IMG/VR virus record: IMGVR_UViG_3300046313_000435
Span: 1 to 51,616 of that record
Reading direction: 5' to 3' (one strand)
DNA from: a virus
Lineage: Duplodnaviria; Caudoviricetes
DNA length: 51,616 nt
Shown: piece after piece, positions 25,829 through 37,100 of the stretch
Position numbering within the stretch: the stretch's first letter is position 1
Layout: each line of letters starts with the position of its first letter
Translations under genes and position numbers: made by a program
Notes under the pieces: model-generated
Database searches by the model: none
What the model was told of the DNA's origin: nothing
The model's input: only the letters and a program-made list of their open reading frames with translations

Positions 25829-26188
25829 CTACTTAGGGCTCTCGCCCGAGGCGTGTTGCTTTGTACTGATTTCGATTCCCAGCCAAGGAACTTTGAAGTC
25901 CATGTTGCTATTCTTGAGATCACCGAGGATGGCATAAGCGGCCCCCAAAACCAGAAAGGCTATAAAGACGGTCATCGGAACTTGATTCTTGCCGGCTGCA
26001 AGCTTGGTCACTGTATCGAGCTGCTCGAAGAACTGAGCTACCGTGGCCGTGTTGGATTCGATTCTTTTTAGAACTTCGTGATTGCCCACATGCGTAGTCT
26101 CCAGCCGAATAATGGCCGCATGAGTTTCCATCGTGAGCCTCAGCACTTCGCTCAATTGCTGCTGTTGAATCGGCGAGAGTTCGGTCAT
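25829..26188 (-). CDS. putative holin
   Basis: Coiled N-terminus plus one TM helix, directly upstream of the lysozyme. Confidence 0.5.
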   Translation of the reverse strand: MTELSPIQQQQLSEVLRLTMETHAAIIRLETTHVGNHEVLKRIESNTATVAQFFEQLDTVTKLAAGKNQVPMTVFIAFLVLGAAYAILGDLKNSNMDFKVPWLGIEISTKQHASGESPK

Positions 26189-26248
26189 GCGTTAGTCCCC
26201 TGAGTATATGGACAGGGTAACACGGCATTATAGTAGTGCGGTATTAGG

Positions 26249-26728
26249 CTATTTAAGCCCCAGGAATCGAGCGAGTGTCAAAACCTTACTACCCAATATC
26301 TTGCCGGCAGTGCCCTCGCTATAAGACCCCGGCAGTGCAGTTGCCCACGGGTCACTACCACCCCCGCCTGTGTCAACAGTAAGGCTATTGGAACTAACGA
26401 CCACGACGATTCTAACATTGTAGGCCCCGGTCGTACTGATAAATGGAGAACCACCGCCGTTAGAAAACAGGTTGCCAGTTACCGTGAGAGTGTGGTCGCT
26501 CTCGTCTGGCTTAATCACCCAACTATTCACGACAAAGAAGTAGGGACTTACCACCTGACCGCTACCTATTGAATCGCCACCGATAGTTTCGAGTGCAATC
26601 GGCCACTTAGCGTTATCGCTCAACAGGAACCACTCCTTCCACTCCTCGTAGAGGTCTTGAGCGTTGAAGGAAAAGACGCCGGCATCGACTGTAATTATTC
26701 TTGTTGCCCCGTCGAAAGTGAATGCCAT
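26249..26728 (-). CDS. virion structural protein (tail-associated)
   Basis: MAFTFDG..RII...LYEEWKEW...GGD pattern seen in phage tail modules. Confidence 0.65.
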   Translation of the reverse strand: MAFTFDGATRIITVDAGVFSFNAQDLYEEWKEWFLLSDNAKWPIALETIGGDSIGSGQVVSPYFFVVNSWVIKPDESDHTLTVTGNLFSNGGGSPFISTTGAYNVRIVVVVSSNSLTVDTGGGGSDPWATALPGSYSEGTAGKILGSKVLTLARFLGLK

Positions 26729-26735
26729 AAATACT

Positions 26736-29552
26736 TTAGGGGTTTAGATATTGCCTATCTGTGAATTGTGACACAGGAATCGTCGCATCAGTAGTACCGC
26801 TATTCAGTCCCCATATATCAGCGGGCAGGAAGTTGAGGTGATTGATCATGATGTTAATCGTCGTGGAACCCTCAACATCAAAGGCAAACGAAGTGCCGCT
26901 ACTGTCCGTGCCGGCCAGCTCAACATCGTTAACCCCCGCACTGTCAGAATACACCCGCACTTCCGAATCTGTCTCAAGTCCAGTAAGGGTTATCGTCACG
27001 GTATCGAGAGGGTAGGCTACTGCATTCTGGTCACTCGATGTTGTAACGGTATCAATTCTCAGATAAGTGATTGCGTTCGTTGCGGAAGTGGTTCCTGTGA
27101 CTATTCGCACCTGCAACTTAACACCGTCAGCCGCTACAAGCCCCGACTCGAATGGTAGTTGATTGAAGACTAGAACCCCGGATACCGCCCCGGAATTAAC
27201 AACGTTTACAACTACAGTCGTTGCATTTGTAATGCTTGATACTCTTGCGTTGGTTCCAATGCCCGTTCCGAAAACATAATCACCAACTGCAACTCCGGTG
27301 GTTGAGGTCATTGTCACATTAGAAGATGCCGCTGATCCCCCCGCCCCAGTTCTCTTGTAGGCAAGATTTCGCCAAGATGCGTTGTACCCACTGCCGTCGT
27401 TCTTATCTATCTTGTAATAGATGTCGTGGTTATTGGGGTTCGTTCCCGTGAACGTTGGCTGCGTTGCCGTTGCAGGAAGAAAGCTAGTAACCCCCTGCAT
27501 GTAGTAGGGCAATGTAAAGACAATTTCATCGTTGGCCGTAGCCATGATGAGCTGTCCGGCTGAGGTGAACTTTGGCGTCCCCGCAATAACAGAATACGCC
27601 GAAGCTGATGGCTCTACCGATGTCTTCTCGTTCATATGAATGACAAGCCGGCCTGCTGTAGTAGAGGTCCAAGCATCGCAGAAGTGCGTACCGTACACCG
27701 CAGTTTGACCAGTCACAGAATTAGTAAGTCTGCACCCCTTGAACTGTCCATTCAGTACCGAGATGGCCTGAGAATCCGCACCATCACCCCAAACGCATTC
27801 GGCAAGAAATCGAGTGGTTGAATTTACCTGAGTCCCAAACAAACTTGTTCTAGTATTCTGGCAATAAACCCTTTGCACGCTAATATCGCTGCAAAGTCCA
27901 TTCTCTTGCACAAGAACGCCGGTAGCATTAGCCGACCCGCAATCGTAGGGCGATGCCGCCGTTCCGATATTGCGAACTTTAATGCCTGAGCAATTCAGGC
28001 CGATGTTTACTATCGCAGTGTAGGGGTGAACGTTTGCGAGAGAGTCGTAATTTGCAAAGCCCGAAACGGTAATGTTGCTGCAAAAGGCGGTGATATCGAA
28101 CGCAGAGACAGGTCCGACACTAGTAGTTGTCGTTCCTAGTCTGTCATAGTACTTCGTATTAGTGAGTGTCATGTCGCGAGAAGTGGTAATTAAAAACCTG
28201 CCATCTCCCGCTATGCAATCTGTCAAAGTGAAGTTCGATACACGAAGAAAGTTAAACGCTACTGGAGTTGTCGAAGCCTTTACCGCCGCTGAAATACACC
28301 TCACATTATCGAAATCAAACCCATCCATATCAGTGAATGAGCCAATAACCTGAGACGCCGACGCCATTGTTGGTCGCATGAAAATGCAATCCGTAATCGT
28401 ACCGCCAGCAAAGCAGGTACTAATCACAAGCGGAGATCCAACCGCTGCAATGTTTGTTGCCGGAAGCCCCACATGGCACTCGGTGAGCACAACAGGCGAT
28501 GCAATCTCTGAGAACGCCAGTTGCTCTAGAAATGCACAGTTGGTAAGCGAAAGAGAATAAGCTTGTCCCGCATTGATGTAAAAACCAGAACAGATAACTT
28601 TATCAATGCTGATAGCACCCGATGTTGTTGTGGTTAGATCCCACCGTGTGGCCAAGGTGGCACTCAGGCTGTTGACGGCAAATGCTGCCGTGGCCGCCGA
28701 TCCAATAATGATATTTGGGATTCTTACCTTTGCGCCCGTTGCCGGCAGATTAGCACAACTAGTACCGCCCGAAGTCGATCCGATATAAAGCACACCAGAA
28801 GCTGTGATGTGCACAACCTTCGACCTATCATCGGTAGTCGTTACCGGATAGTTTGTTGTTCCTATCTGCACACCGCAGTTAGGCCAGAACTCATAGACCC
28901 CCGAGCCGCTCGATGTTTCAATCCACACTCCAGGGTATTGGTCCGCCACTGGGAGCTGAATCGTCTGAGCCCTTGCCCCCGATATTGTATCGTCCAGCTC
29001 AAACCAATCGCCCGTCATCGATAGAGTGCCCAATCGTGGCACTGTTATCGTCGTGGCCTCTTCCCCGACAATATGAATCCAGCCCTTTTTTCCGCCGGTG
29101 GATGAATTAACTACTGCTTTCACAACAGATGAAACACTTAGGTTCTCATTGTCCTGAAAGGTCCCGGTCTTTGACCGAAGCTTAATATACCCCGCCGCAG
29201 ACGTAGCACCACCAGAAGCCGACGCCGCAACACCGTATCCAGTGAACCATCCGATAACCTCGCCAGTTGCTCCCGACGTGTCGCCGGTAAGAGTGCTGCC
29301 GGCTGCTGGAATTGTCGAGACCCCACCATCATACTTAATCCACCAGACAGTCGTGCCGTCAATAAGACACGTCCCGCCAGTGGTTGACGAGATGGTGATA
29401 TTGCCAATGACAGCAGCTTGCTGTGCCCACCTCACATCAGAGTTGATCGTGAGCGTTGCCCCGGTGTCAATCGTGATGTCCTCGCCGTTGGCTAGGCCAG
29501 AGATTGCCGCATCATCGAAATTTCTGCTGGTAGAAATCGTTTGGTTAGCGAT
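26736..29552 (-). CDS. large beta-rich tail fibre/spike protein (938 aa if started at ATC 29552)
   Basis: The frame stays open 39 codons upstream of the track start (ANQTISTSRNFDD...) to an ATC 6 nt after GGAGG; the middle is beta-helix-like. Confidence 0.7.
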   Translation of the reverse strand: MANQTISTSRNFDDAAISGLANGEDITIDTGATLTINSDVRWAQQAAVIGNITISSTTGGTCLIDGTTVWWIKYDGGVSTIPAAGSTLTGDTSGATGEVIGWFTGYGVAASASGGATSAAGYIKLRSKTGTFQDNENLSVSSVVKAVVNSSTGGKKGWIHIVGEEATTITVPRLGTLSMTGDWFELDDTISGARAQTIQLPVADQYPGVWIETSSGSGVYEFWPNCGVQIGTTNYPVTTTDDRSKVVHITASGVLYIGSTSGGTSCANLPATGAKVRIPNIIIGSAATAAFAVNSLSATLATRWDLTTTTSGAISIDKVICSGFYINAGQAYSLSLTNCAFLEQLAFSEIASPVVLTECHVGLPATNIAAVGSPLVISTCFAGGTITDCIFMRPTMASASQVIGSFTDMDGFDFDNVRCISAAVKASTTPVAFNFLRVSNFTLTDCIAGDGRFLITTSRDMTLTNTKYYDRLGTTTTSVGPVSAFDITAFCSNITVSGFANYDSLANVHPYTAIVNIGLNCSGIKVRNIGTAASPYDCGSANATGVLVQENGLCSDISVQRVYCQNTRTSLFGTQVNSTTRFLAECVWGDGADSQAISVLNGQFKGCRLTNSVTGQTAVYGTHFCDAWTSTTAGRLVIHMNEKTSVEPSASAYSVIAGTPKFTSAGQLIMATANDEIVFTLPYYMQGVTSFLPATATQPTFTGTNPNNHDIYYKIDKNDGSGYNASWRNLAYKRTGAGGSAASSNVTMTSTTGVAVGDYVFGTGIGTNARVSSITNATTVVVNVVNSGAVSGVLVFNQLPFESGLVAADGVKLQVRIVTGTTSATNAITYLRIDTVTTSSDQNAVAYPLDTVTITLTGLETDSEVRVYSDSAGVNDVELAGTDSSGTSFAFDVEGSTTINIMINHLNFLPADIWGLNSGTTDATIPVSQFTDRQYLNP

Positions 29553-30204
29553 TTAGGGCCTCCATTTCAGCATACTTCCATCTATATCCGCCACACGTAT
29601 GCCTTCCCGACGTTCCTTTGAGTACGCGGCAAATTGTACTTGGACTACGCCTTACGGACAAAGCTGCTTCCTCAAGGCTGTTAAAAATCGCTCCATCACT
29701 CCTAACTACGGAGCGTCTTTTTGATGCTGCAATCTTTTCTCTAATCTCAGAAGAGTGCCTTATCGTACTCGACCATTGCCTTCTGAGTTCTTTTTCTTCT
29801 TGAGTCCATGGTCTTCGCTTACGAGGGATATATGGAGTCTTACCCTTACGTCCAACTTTGTCATAGTATCGCTTTCGCGATTCTGACATTCGCGTTCTCG
29901 CCTCTTCGGAGTACTTGCCGCTCGCTCCCCCTTCTTTCAAGTTATAACCGCCAGGAGCGATGGTGTTGTAAAAGCGAATCCAGTATCTTTCTTTTGTATC
30001 AAGCTCTTCGTTTGTAGATGCAGAATCAATGATCTCAAACGTGAAATTGTCTCGACCATATTTTAAGATGGCTGACTTAATTGCATTTCTCGCAGGACTC
30101 GACTTAGTAGAACAGTGGGATGACCATCGTCTTTTTATCAGCCCACGACATTGGCCAATGTACTTCTTGCCTGAAATTTTGTTCGTGATTGCATAGATGA
30201 CCAT
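29545..30204 (-). CDS. free-standing GIY-YIG homing endonuclease with NUMOD-type DNA-binding motifs
   Basis: VIYAITNKISGKKYIGQ...RRW..H...E..WI...GYN; HSSEIREKIA; FNSLEEAA...GGYRWKY. Confidence 0.9.
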   Translation of the reverse strand: MVIYAITNKISGKKYIGQCRGLIKRRWSSHCSTKSSPARNAIKSAILKYGRDNFTFEIIDSASTNEELDTKERYWIRFYNTIAPGGYNLKEGGASGKYSEEARTRMSESRKRYYDKVGRKGKTPYIPRKRRPWTQEEKELRRQWSSTIRHSSEIREKIAASKRRSVVRSDGAIFNSLEEAALSVRRSPSTICRVLKGTSGRHTCGGYRWKYAEMEALNR

Positions 30205-30236
30205 ATGTCCTAACTAGGGATAACATATCGAAACCA

Positions 30237-31865
30237 TTACGGATTCAAATAATTTCTCTCAATCGGGGCGACCAACGAAATCGCATTAGCTGTCGATCTC
30301 GTTAGTGTTCCAGTCGCGAGTACATATTGCGCTCCAGAGAGCCCGATGGCAACGGCTGTTAGTGGTGCGTCTTCCGCGTCCGACCCTGCACCGCGTTGAA
30401 CGTTAGTGTCATATTCGTACCCAAACGAAACGCTCGATGCTGCACTCACTCTTCCACCCATGCAAACGTAGACCGTTCCACCAGTATCGGCAGTAGAACC
30501 TTCGTTTGCCGCGGTGTTGGCATACGTGAAAGTTGTTGCAGTCGGAACCGAGGCAACTTCAAATGTTCCGTTGTAGCTCGACCCGCCCACGCCTGATACT
30601 TCTACGATGTCACCAATCGCAAGCCCGTGCGATGCCGATGTGGTAATCGTTGTAACATTACTGTTTCGCAGTCTGAATGTAGTTGAGTACGACTCACTGG
30701 ACCTAGGAATGATTGCCGTTGCTGTACCGAAGTCTGCGCCGGTATTAGTCCCAGCATCATCATTGGTGAAGAACACTCGATAAACCGCATTGCTATCACC
30801 CGAAAGAGTTGAGCTGAAATTGAGCGTTAAGTTTGCAGTGTACGGGAATGTTCTCTCGGTATTGGTATTATCGAGAAACGTGATTCTGTTGATATCGGCA
30901 ACTTGGAAGTCGTCGATATACACACCATTTCCACCCGCCTCTGGGTTCGTTGCATACTTGGTCTTTAGAGTATCGCCCACGAACTCAAGTAGCTCAGGAG
31001 CAATCTTACCAACGAGCGAGCTGGCATCAGCATCAATGTCGGTTGTTCTTCGGAGACTCCACTGAACGAACTCGTAAATCTGCTCTGCTGTTCCCGCGTT
31101 ACCGTCGATGATGATACCGAAGTTACGAGAAACACCGCCGATTACTCTGGCCTGAGCTGAGTTGTAAAAGGTTATACTCATCCCATCGTATGGAGCAATG
31201 TCGGCCACGTTGTTAGAGTCGGCATCGATAGCAACATCCGCTGCTGTAATCTTAATGTCGGCTGAAGTGGCGAGCGGAAAACGATAAACCTGGTAGGTCA
31301 TCGTTGTTACACCGATTGCTGTGAGGTCAGAGGTTGCGTACTTGTCGCCTTGCTCTCTTGCGAAGAGCTTCATGTAGGAGCGAGTGTCAACGGGGCCGGT
31401 GCTGTTGTAAACCTGCACGGCTTGATTGACTACGCCAGTGAGTACGAAGTTAGTGGTAGCAGCCCCCGAAACGGTCTGGTAGTAAACCTGCGTACCGGTC
31501 TCAAGAGAACCGAGAGTTACGACGCCGGCATATTCTGCTGTGGTTGTTCCAGAGGCATTTACTTCTTGCCATCCGCCCGTTCTGATTAGCTGCCTTGTCG
31601 TAGTATCGTTCCAGTTCCATCCGTTATTCCGTGAGGATACACCGATCTGCATCGCCTCATCAGTAATCGGAGTCATCGGGAAGTCGTACTTAATCAGCGA
31701 GGCATCAGTTCTCCACTCTTCTTTCAAGAAAGAGTAAACCGCCTTGAGAGTAACGCCGTCAGTAGAAAGGTTGCCGGCAATAGCAAGATCGATAGTCTTT
31801 GCCGAAGTGTCGATGGTTACTTCAGTAGCTTGATTTAAGAGATCCGGGTCGCTGATTAGTGCCAT
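30237..31865 (-). CDS. virion structural protein (tail module)
   Basis: MALISDPDLL...YSFLKEEW; contains an inserted ITTSASHGL.IGD.V.VSG...YNG.F.V beta domain. Confidence 0.7.
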   Translation of the reverse strand: MALISDPDLLNQATEVTIDTSAKTIDLAIAGNLSTDGVTLKAVYSFLKEEWRTDASLIKYDFPMTPITDEAMQIGVSSRNNGWNWNDTTTRQLIRTGGWQEVNASGTTTAEYAGVVTLGSLETGTQVYYQTVSGAATTNFVLTGVVNQAVQVYNSTGPVDTRSYMKLFAREQGDKYATSDLTAIGVTTMTYQVYRFPLATSADIKITAADVAIDADSNNVADIAPYDGMSITFYNSAQARVIGGVSRNFGIIIDGNAGTAEQIYEFVQWSLRRTTDIDADASSLVGKIAPELLEFVGDTLKTKYATNPEAGGNGVYIDDFQVADINRITFLDNTNTERTFPYTANLTLNFSSTLSGDSNAVYRVFFTNDDAGTNTGADFGTATAIIPRSSESYSTTFRLRNSNVTTITTSASHGLAIGDIVEVSGVGGSSYNGTFEVASVPTATTFTYANTAANEGSTADTGGTVYVCMGGRVSAASSVSFGYEYDTNVQRGAGSDAEDAPLTAVAIGLSGAQYVLATGTLTRSTANAISLVAPIERNYLNP

Positions 31866-31868
31866 GGC

Positions 31869-32177
31869 TTATTCTGTTCCTTCTAGCGAAATAATATCCT
31901 CGTAGCTCTTCCCCAAAAGCCTTGCGAAGTTCCGAGTATCCACTTCATTCGATGCATAGGCACTTTGCTTTACGCCGTGCGGGTCGCCAACATCCCATCG
32001 TTCTGGGAACAGGCTCCATCCAGGGAAGTTGGGGAGCTTTTCATACTTTGCTTTCAAGGCAACAAGCTCAGGGGTCATCTCAACCATCTCGCCCTCGACC
32101 TTTCTGCGAATAGCAAAAAGCTTCTGCTTGAGTGCCCTTCTTTCGTTTCTTGCTTCTGCGTAGCTTAGTTCTGCCAT
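31869..32177 (-). CDS. hypothetical protein
   Basis: Operonic ORF. Confidence 0.6.
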   Translation of the reverse strand: MAELSYAEARNERRALKQKLFAIRRKVEGEMVEMTPELVALKAKYEKLPNFPGWSLFPERWDVGDPHGVKQSAYASNEVDTRNFARLLGKSYEDIISLEGTE

Positions 32178-32182
32178 GGTTG

Positions 32183-32626
32183 TTAGCTGTAAGTTAGGCT
32201 TGCTCGATTGTCCCAGATGTTGTCAAAAGCCTCATCACCATCGGCGAAAAGTACGTTCCCCGACGCGTTAGTCATTCGCTTGATGCGCCAAACGGCAGAG
32301 GCCGCAGAGGCTCCAGGAGTAGAATACCCCAGATAGGTGTAGGTCGTCACCTCGTCAATTCTTATCGTTTGCTCGCCTGAGCCCGGCTGCTCGTATATGA
32401 CCATGAGGTCGTCGGCATCGTCCATCGCGGTGGTGTCATAGTCCAAGGTGAGAACGTTTGCTGCGAGTGCTCCGCCCTTCAATGGGGCATTGAACTGATA
32501 AATGATAACACCGTCGGTTAGGTTCGTTATGAGCTTAAAGCCTTCAATCGTCAAAGAGGGTAGCCCCGATATGGTTACGGTCCTTGCAGAGGCATCGAAG
32601 GTGTAGGAGCTCGATGCGACAATCAT
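32183..32626 (-). CDS. virion-associated protein
   Basis: YTFDASARTVT...LITN; YLG...AVWRIKR...FADG...WDNRASLTYS. Confidence 0.65.
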   Translation of the reverse strand: MIVASSSYTFDASARTVTISGLPSLTIEGFKLITNLTDGVIIYQFNAPLKGGALAANVLTLDYDTTAMDDADDLMVIYEQPGSGEQTIRIDEVTTYTYLGYSTPGASAASAVWRIKRMTNASGNVLFADGDEAFDNIWDNRASLTYS

Positions 32627-32919
32627 AGCGATACCGCCATGGCTATGATTAGGTCTTCGTCCGAACCGCTACCTGCTGGTCCTTGAGCACCCTCTGGGCC
32701 TTGAGTGCCGACGGTCACAACGGAGATAGAGTCCTCGACAATCGCTACGGTATCGGTACTTGTTAGGGTGACAACACTAATAGCGTTAGACTCCGAAATG
32801 CTTATAGTTCCCGAATCCACCTCGATAACCGAAACCACCGGGGTAGAGACAACGATAGTGCTCCCGGTAACAGTTACCGTAGAAACGTTATCGCTTTCGG
32901 TGACAACGGTATCGGTCAT
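32623..32919 (-). CDS. Val/Ser/Thr-rich small structural protein with a short collagen-like stretch
   Basis: GTQGPEGAQGPAG; C-terminal IIAMAVSL. Confidence 0.6.
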   Translation of the reverse strand: MTDTVVTESDNVSTVTVTGSTIVVSTPVVSVIEVDSGTISISESNAISVVTLTSTDTVAIVEDSISVVTVGTQGPEGAQGPAGSGSDEDLIIAMAVSL

Positions 32920-33270
32920 TTAGCGGGTTATCTCCCGAGCAACCGTAAAGTTGCCTTTCATGAGCTTCTTTACTCGACCAGCCCCCGAGATCAGCTCAAG
33001 GTCATACCGAAATATCCCAATGGGAAGTGCGGCCATATCAGTCGGAGAAACATCAAACGTTATTGTGCCGGCAACACCGCCCAATGAAATTCTAGAGTTC
33101 TCCGTGGTGCACTCAAGTAGTGTAGCAGTCGCGTCCTCCGACCGCCTTACCTGCATTCTTGCTGTATAGCCAGTTAGGTTGACTAGTGCCCCCGCCGCAT
33201 CGGTCCACGTTAGAACCTTATCGAAGTTCTCTCCTTGCTCTATTTCAAGATCGTAAACCCCAGCACCCAT
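32920..33270 (-). CDS. BppU/Ig-like tail adaptor protein
   Basis: YDLEIEQG.F...NLTGYTARMQVR...YDLEL...G.F.V..EITR. Confidence 0.7.
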   Translation of the reverse strand: MGAGVYDLEIEQGENFDKVLTWTDAAGALVNLTGYTARMQVRRSEDATATLLECTTENSRISLGGVAGTITFDVSPTDMAALPIGIFRYDLELISGAGRVKKLMKGNFTVAREITR

Positions 33271-33277
33271 TGGCCTC

Positions 33278-34132
33278 CTATACGTTCTCTAACGCTGCAA
33301 CTCTAGCCTCAAGGATTTGAATCGACTTAACCAGCCGGCCAATGAGGAACGAAGCATCAACGCCCTGATAAATAGGGTCGCCCTCAGCGGTCACAGCATC
33401 CTTGGTCCCAGTTACCGCATGAGGCACAACCATCGCTAGTTCATGGGCAATAAAGCCATCCGATAATTGCTCAGTCCCCTTCCACTTAAAACTCACCGGA
33501 CGCATGGCGAGAACATCCTCAAGAGCACTGTCCCCCATCTCCTCAACATCCTCTTTAAGCCTGTGGTCAGAGGTGGTGTTGTAAGCAACGGCGGTGTTTG
33601 AGTTGTTGGTAATACTCCCCCGGAAGGTGCCGCCGGAGAGGAATCCGTGATACACCGCGCCGTTGACCGAGCCAGTATCGTTTGTACCGTACCCACCCAC
33701 CGAGTTACCGTCAAAGTCGAGTGAGCTTAAAGCACCATTCCGCTGTGTTGTGGTGTTGAAATAAGAAAGCCCAGACCCTGAGAACTGAGCCTGCTGCACG
33801 CCGTTCACAAGGATCTGGACTGACTGACCTGTTACTGCATTGATCTCAGTGTTGTTTGACGAGTCAACCCTCATCACGTCCAATCCCGCATTGTCCGCAG
33901 CATTTCGCCATTGCAGCCACGCGGCATTGGCAAGAACTAAGTTAAGCGAAGTCCAGGCACTACCATTCCACTTCTGAAATACAAACTTGCTTGTCTCGTG
34001 CTGAATTGCTCCCGTGGGGACGTTAGTATCCCCCGAGAAATCCATCTTGGCACATGAGGCAACGAGCGCCCTAATTGTGGACAAAATACCAGAGTATAGA
34101 GAGGTGTTGGTTGGGTCATTAAAGCTGGTCAT
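33278..34132 (-). CDS. tail fibre with peptidase S74 intramolecular chaperone
   Basis: SDHRLKEDV...RPVSFKW...GFIAHEL...LVKSIQ.LEARVAALE. Confidence 0.85.
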   Translation of the reverse strand: MTSFNDPTNTSLYSGILSTIRALVASCAKMDFSGDTNVPTGAIQHETSKFVFQKWNGSAWTSLNLVLANAAWLQWRNAADNAGLDVMRVDSSNNTEINAVTGQSVQILVNGVQQAQFSGSGLSYFNTTTQRNGALSSLDFDGNSVGGYGTNDTGSVNGAVYHGFLSGGTFRGSITNNSNTAVAYNTTSDHRLKEDVEEMGDSALEDVLAMRPVSFKWKGTEQLSDGFIAHELAMVVPHAVTGTKDAVTAEGDPIYQGVDASFLIGRLVKSIQILEARVAALENV

Positions 34133-34148
34133 ATGTCACTATCCTATA

Positions 34149-37100
34149 TTACAAAACGGCTTGCACGCCACGCACGTTCCATCGCACATCACCGTTGGCC
34201 CTTGCCCCCGCTGAGTTAAACAAAAGAACCTTAAACGTTGTCGGGTTAGCTGTGTCTGTGAAGTCCACAACCGGCTTAAGCTCTGTTGTTCCTTGAGGGG
34301 TTACAACAATGGCCGACACGTCCAGAAAGCTCTTTGTAAAGCTAATGGTCGTACCACCCGAGTCAGCAGCAAGTACCGAAGAGGTTCCTGAGTCGGTTAT
34401 CTCCTTGACCTGCACACTCAAAGTAACCTCGGTAACCACTACCCAATCGAGCGTAGTCTCGGGGGTGGCTGTAATAGTCAGCTTGAGATAGCGATAGTTC
34501 GACGGAGTGACTCTCCTAATGCCAACCTGCCCATCAATCCAAGGGTCGCCCGATGTCTCTCTCCAAGAGACCATAGCCACGGTCTGAATGCCCGATCCAA
34601 AGGCTATGTAATCGAAGTTCACAACGGTCTGGGGGAGTACTTCGGTCATGTCGATAATGACCGACATGGTGCCCGTTAGGCCGTCATTAGGCTGAAGCCA
34701 ATAGGTAAGGCCGATATCAATTAGGCCCTGCACGGTCGTAACCATGTTGTCGATGAAATGGTCTTCAAACGTTTGGGCTGAGTCAGCCGGCATCCACACT
34801 GAGTCATCGGTGGTGGTGAATGTGGCTGTCCCCGAACCACCCGTTATAGGCTCTAAGTAGTACGAGTACGGGAAATCAATAAAGTCCTGAATCGTATCGA
34901 ACCCATTCCCCACAAAATGCTGGTCCCAGGTTAGCTCTGAATTTGCCGCAGCTTCAATGGAGAACGTTTCGGCAGTGTAAAGACCGTTCGTAATACTTGC
35001 TGTTGAGAGGTCAGCACTGGGGTTAGCTCTAAGAGTAAAGTCCGGTGGTTCATAAATGCTGGCTGACACATCCCCTGTTGCCCCCTGATTCCCCGCAATA
35101 TCGAAGGGAACCACTAAGTAAATATAGGTTCCCGAGAGTAACTCAACATATGTGGCAAATGTTCCGCTGGTCCTACCGACTTCAGTTAGGCTGTTGGTGT
35201 CCTGCCGAATTACGATGTAGTAATCCACGGGGAAGGTGGATGTAGCGGGGGGCTGCCACCGGATTAAAACGCTACTATCAATCTGACTGACTGAAACATT
35301 CTGAGGAGCAGAAGGGGCTGCTACCGTGAGATCCGAACTAAGATCGGTAGTTGAGTAGTTCCCCGTCGTGTCGACTGCCTTAATGCGGAATCTGTACGTG
35401 CCGGCCAGAAAGCTATCCTGATAAAACCTATCCGCAGTGACCCGAGCTAGAACGGCGCAATCTGCCCACGCTTGAGCCGTGGTCCCGTACCGTACCTCGT
35501 ACTCCCTAACATCAAGGTCACTTACTTTGGTCCAACGAAACAGAAGCCCAAAGCCATCAATCACAGCAGTAAATACCGACATATTAGCGGGGGCTGCCGT
35601 TTTGCCGATAACCGTGTGCCCCGTTACCGTCACCCAGCTACCCGTGGCGTTCATGGCAGAAACTGCCCTGATTCTCACGTCGTAGTTCTGGCCGTCCTGC
35701 ACATCGAGAATGTAGGTATTTACGCTACTGCCGATAACGCTAGTTGAATTCTGCCAATCGCTATCGACTGACCGCTTAAACTGAATCTCGTACCGCCCAC
35801 CGTTAACCACGAAAGCGTCAGGCGAGGCCGTCCAGGATGCGTACAGGCGAGCGAATACGGTGCCGTCCTGCCTCACGTATAGGTAGTCCGTCCCCGACGC
35901 TAGAGAGAGCCCCGTGGGGTCCGATACGCTGTACGGGTCCGGTAGGTTCGTATTCGGTGCAACGTCAAAAGTAGTCTCGTTCCCAGTGTTCCAATCGTAA
36001 ACGCCCGCCGCCGTTTCTTGCAATGTTAGGCGAACAGCAAAATAGGGGTTCCCTTGATTGTCTTGCTCAATCAACAACGCCGACCGCATGACTTCAAAGA
36101 CTTTCGAGGACCATCCAAATCGGTCGTAGGTTACTGCTACCCACTCGCCCGGTTCTGCTTGGTAGGCATCCATTCTTGCGGTAAACTCTACTAGTATTCC
36201 CTGCCTTGTTGCTTCAAGTTCAATCTTGGCAATTCTCTGAGCTGTAGCTGCCGACCGAACCATTGAAAAAGTTAGGTCTTCGTAAATAACAGTACCGCCA
36301 TCTTCAGTAACGTAGGTCGAGTTTCTTACCGCTGGAAAGTCAGACTCTTCTTGATCGTTTTGCGTAGAGACGAATGTTCCTCGAACCGCATTGAAGTTAT
36401 CGGCACGAGGGGTCTTTGTAACAAGTTCAATATCGCTAAGAATCATGTCGGCTGTAATCGTCAGAACAGTTGACGGCCTTGCTTTGCCAACTATGAGGCT
36501 GAACTTTCCTTCGACGTATGCAAGCCTCGCGTGCATTGCAGCTAGCATGTCTTCAATAACTACGCCCGGTGATGCGTCAGTGCCGAAATGAGTATTGATG
36601 AGATAGCGATTCTCGGTTCCTCCGCCGGCTAGAGCTATACTATCCTCGCAGTCGTTAACCGCCTGGTCCATTCGAGTCGCATTGAAATCAGAGTCTGCTA
36701 GTCCCAGCCCCCACCGAGTATTCCTCATGTAGTTGTAAAGAACGATTGCAGCGTTCTGAGCACCGGGGGAGTTTGTGTCAGTCCTCGGGTCGTTCATGTT
36801 GTATGGACCGTTCACCCGAAAGGTAATGTCTGGTACCCCGTCCTTGAAGACAGTTTCGTTCCACTTAAATCTGAAGTACACATGCGCGTGCCCTCGCTGC
36901 CTGTGATTGCTTGTCCACTTTGCGTTAACTGGGTTGAGATCGTCCGTACCATCGCCTACTGGTACGCTCAATGCCGACTGACCATCTGAGCCGTAGTTAA
37001 TCTGCATCTTCACTAAGCCGGCAAAAGTACCAGTGCCAAGCACGAGCCCAGTCGGACGCGAGGTGAGCGATGTATCCCACGTCATTGCGATGTTATTGAA

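Noticed and set aside
29550-30235. Group I intron around the GIY-YIG gene
   Set aside because: The ORF fills almost the whole insert, leaving no room for a ribozyme core, and the join that restores the frame does not follow a U.
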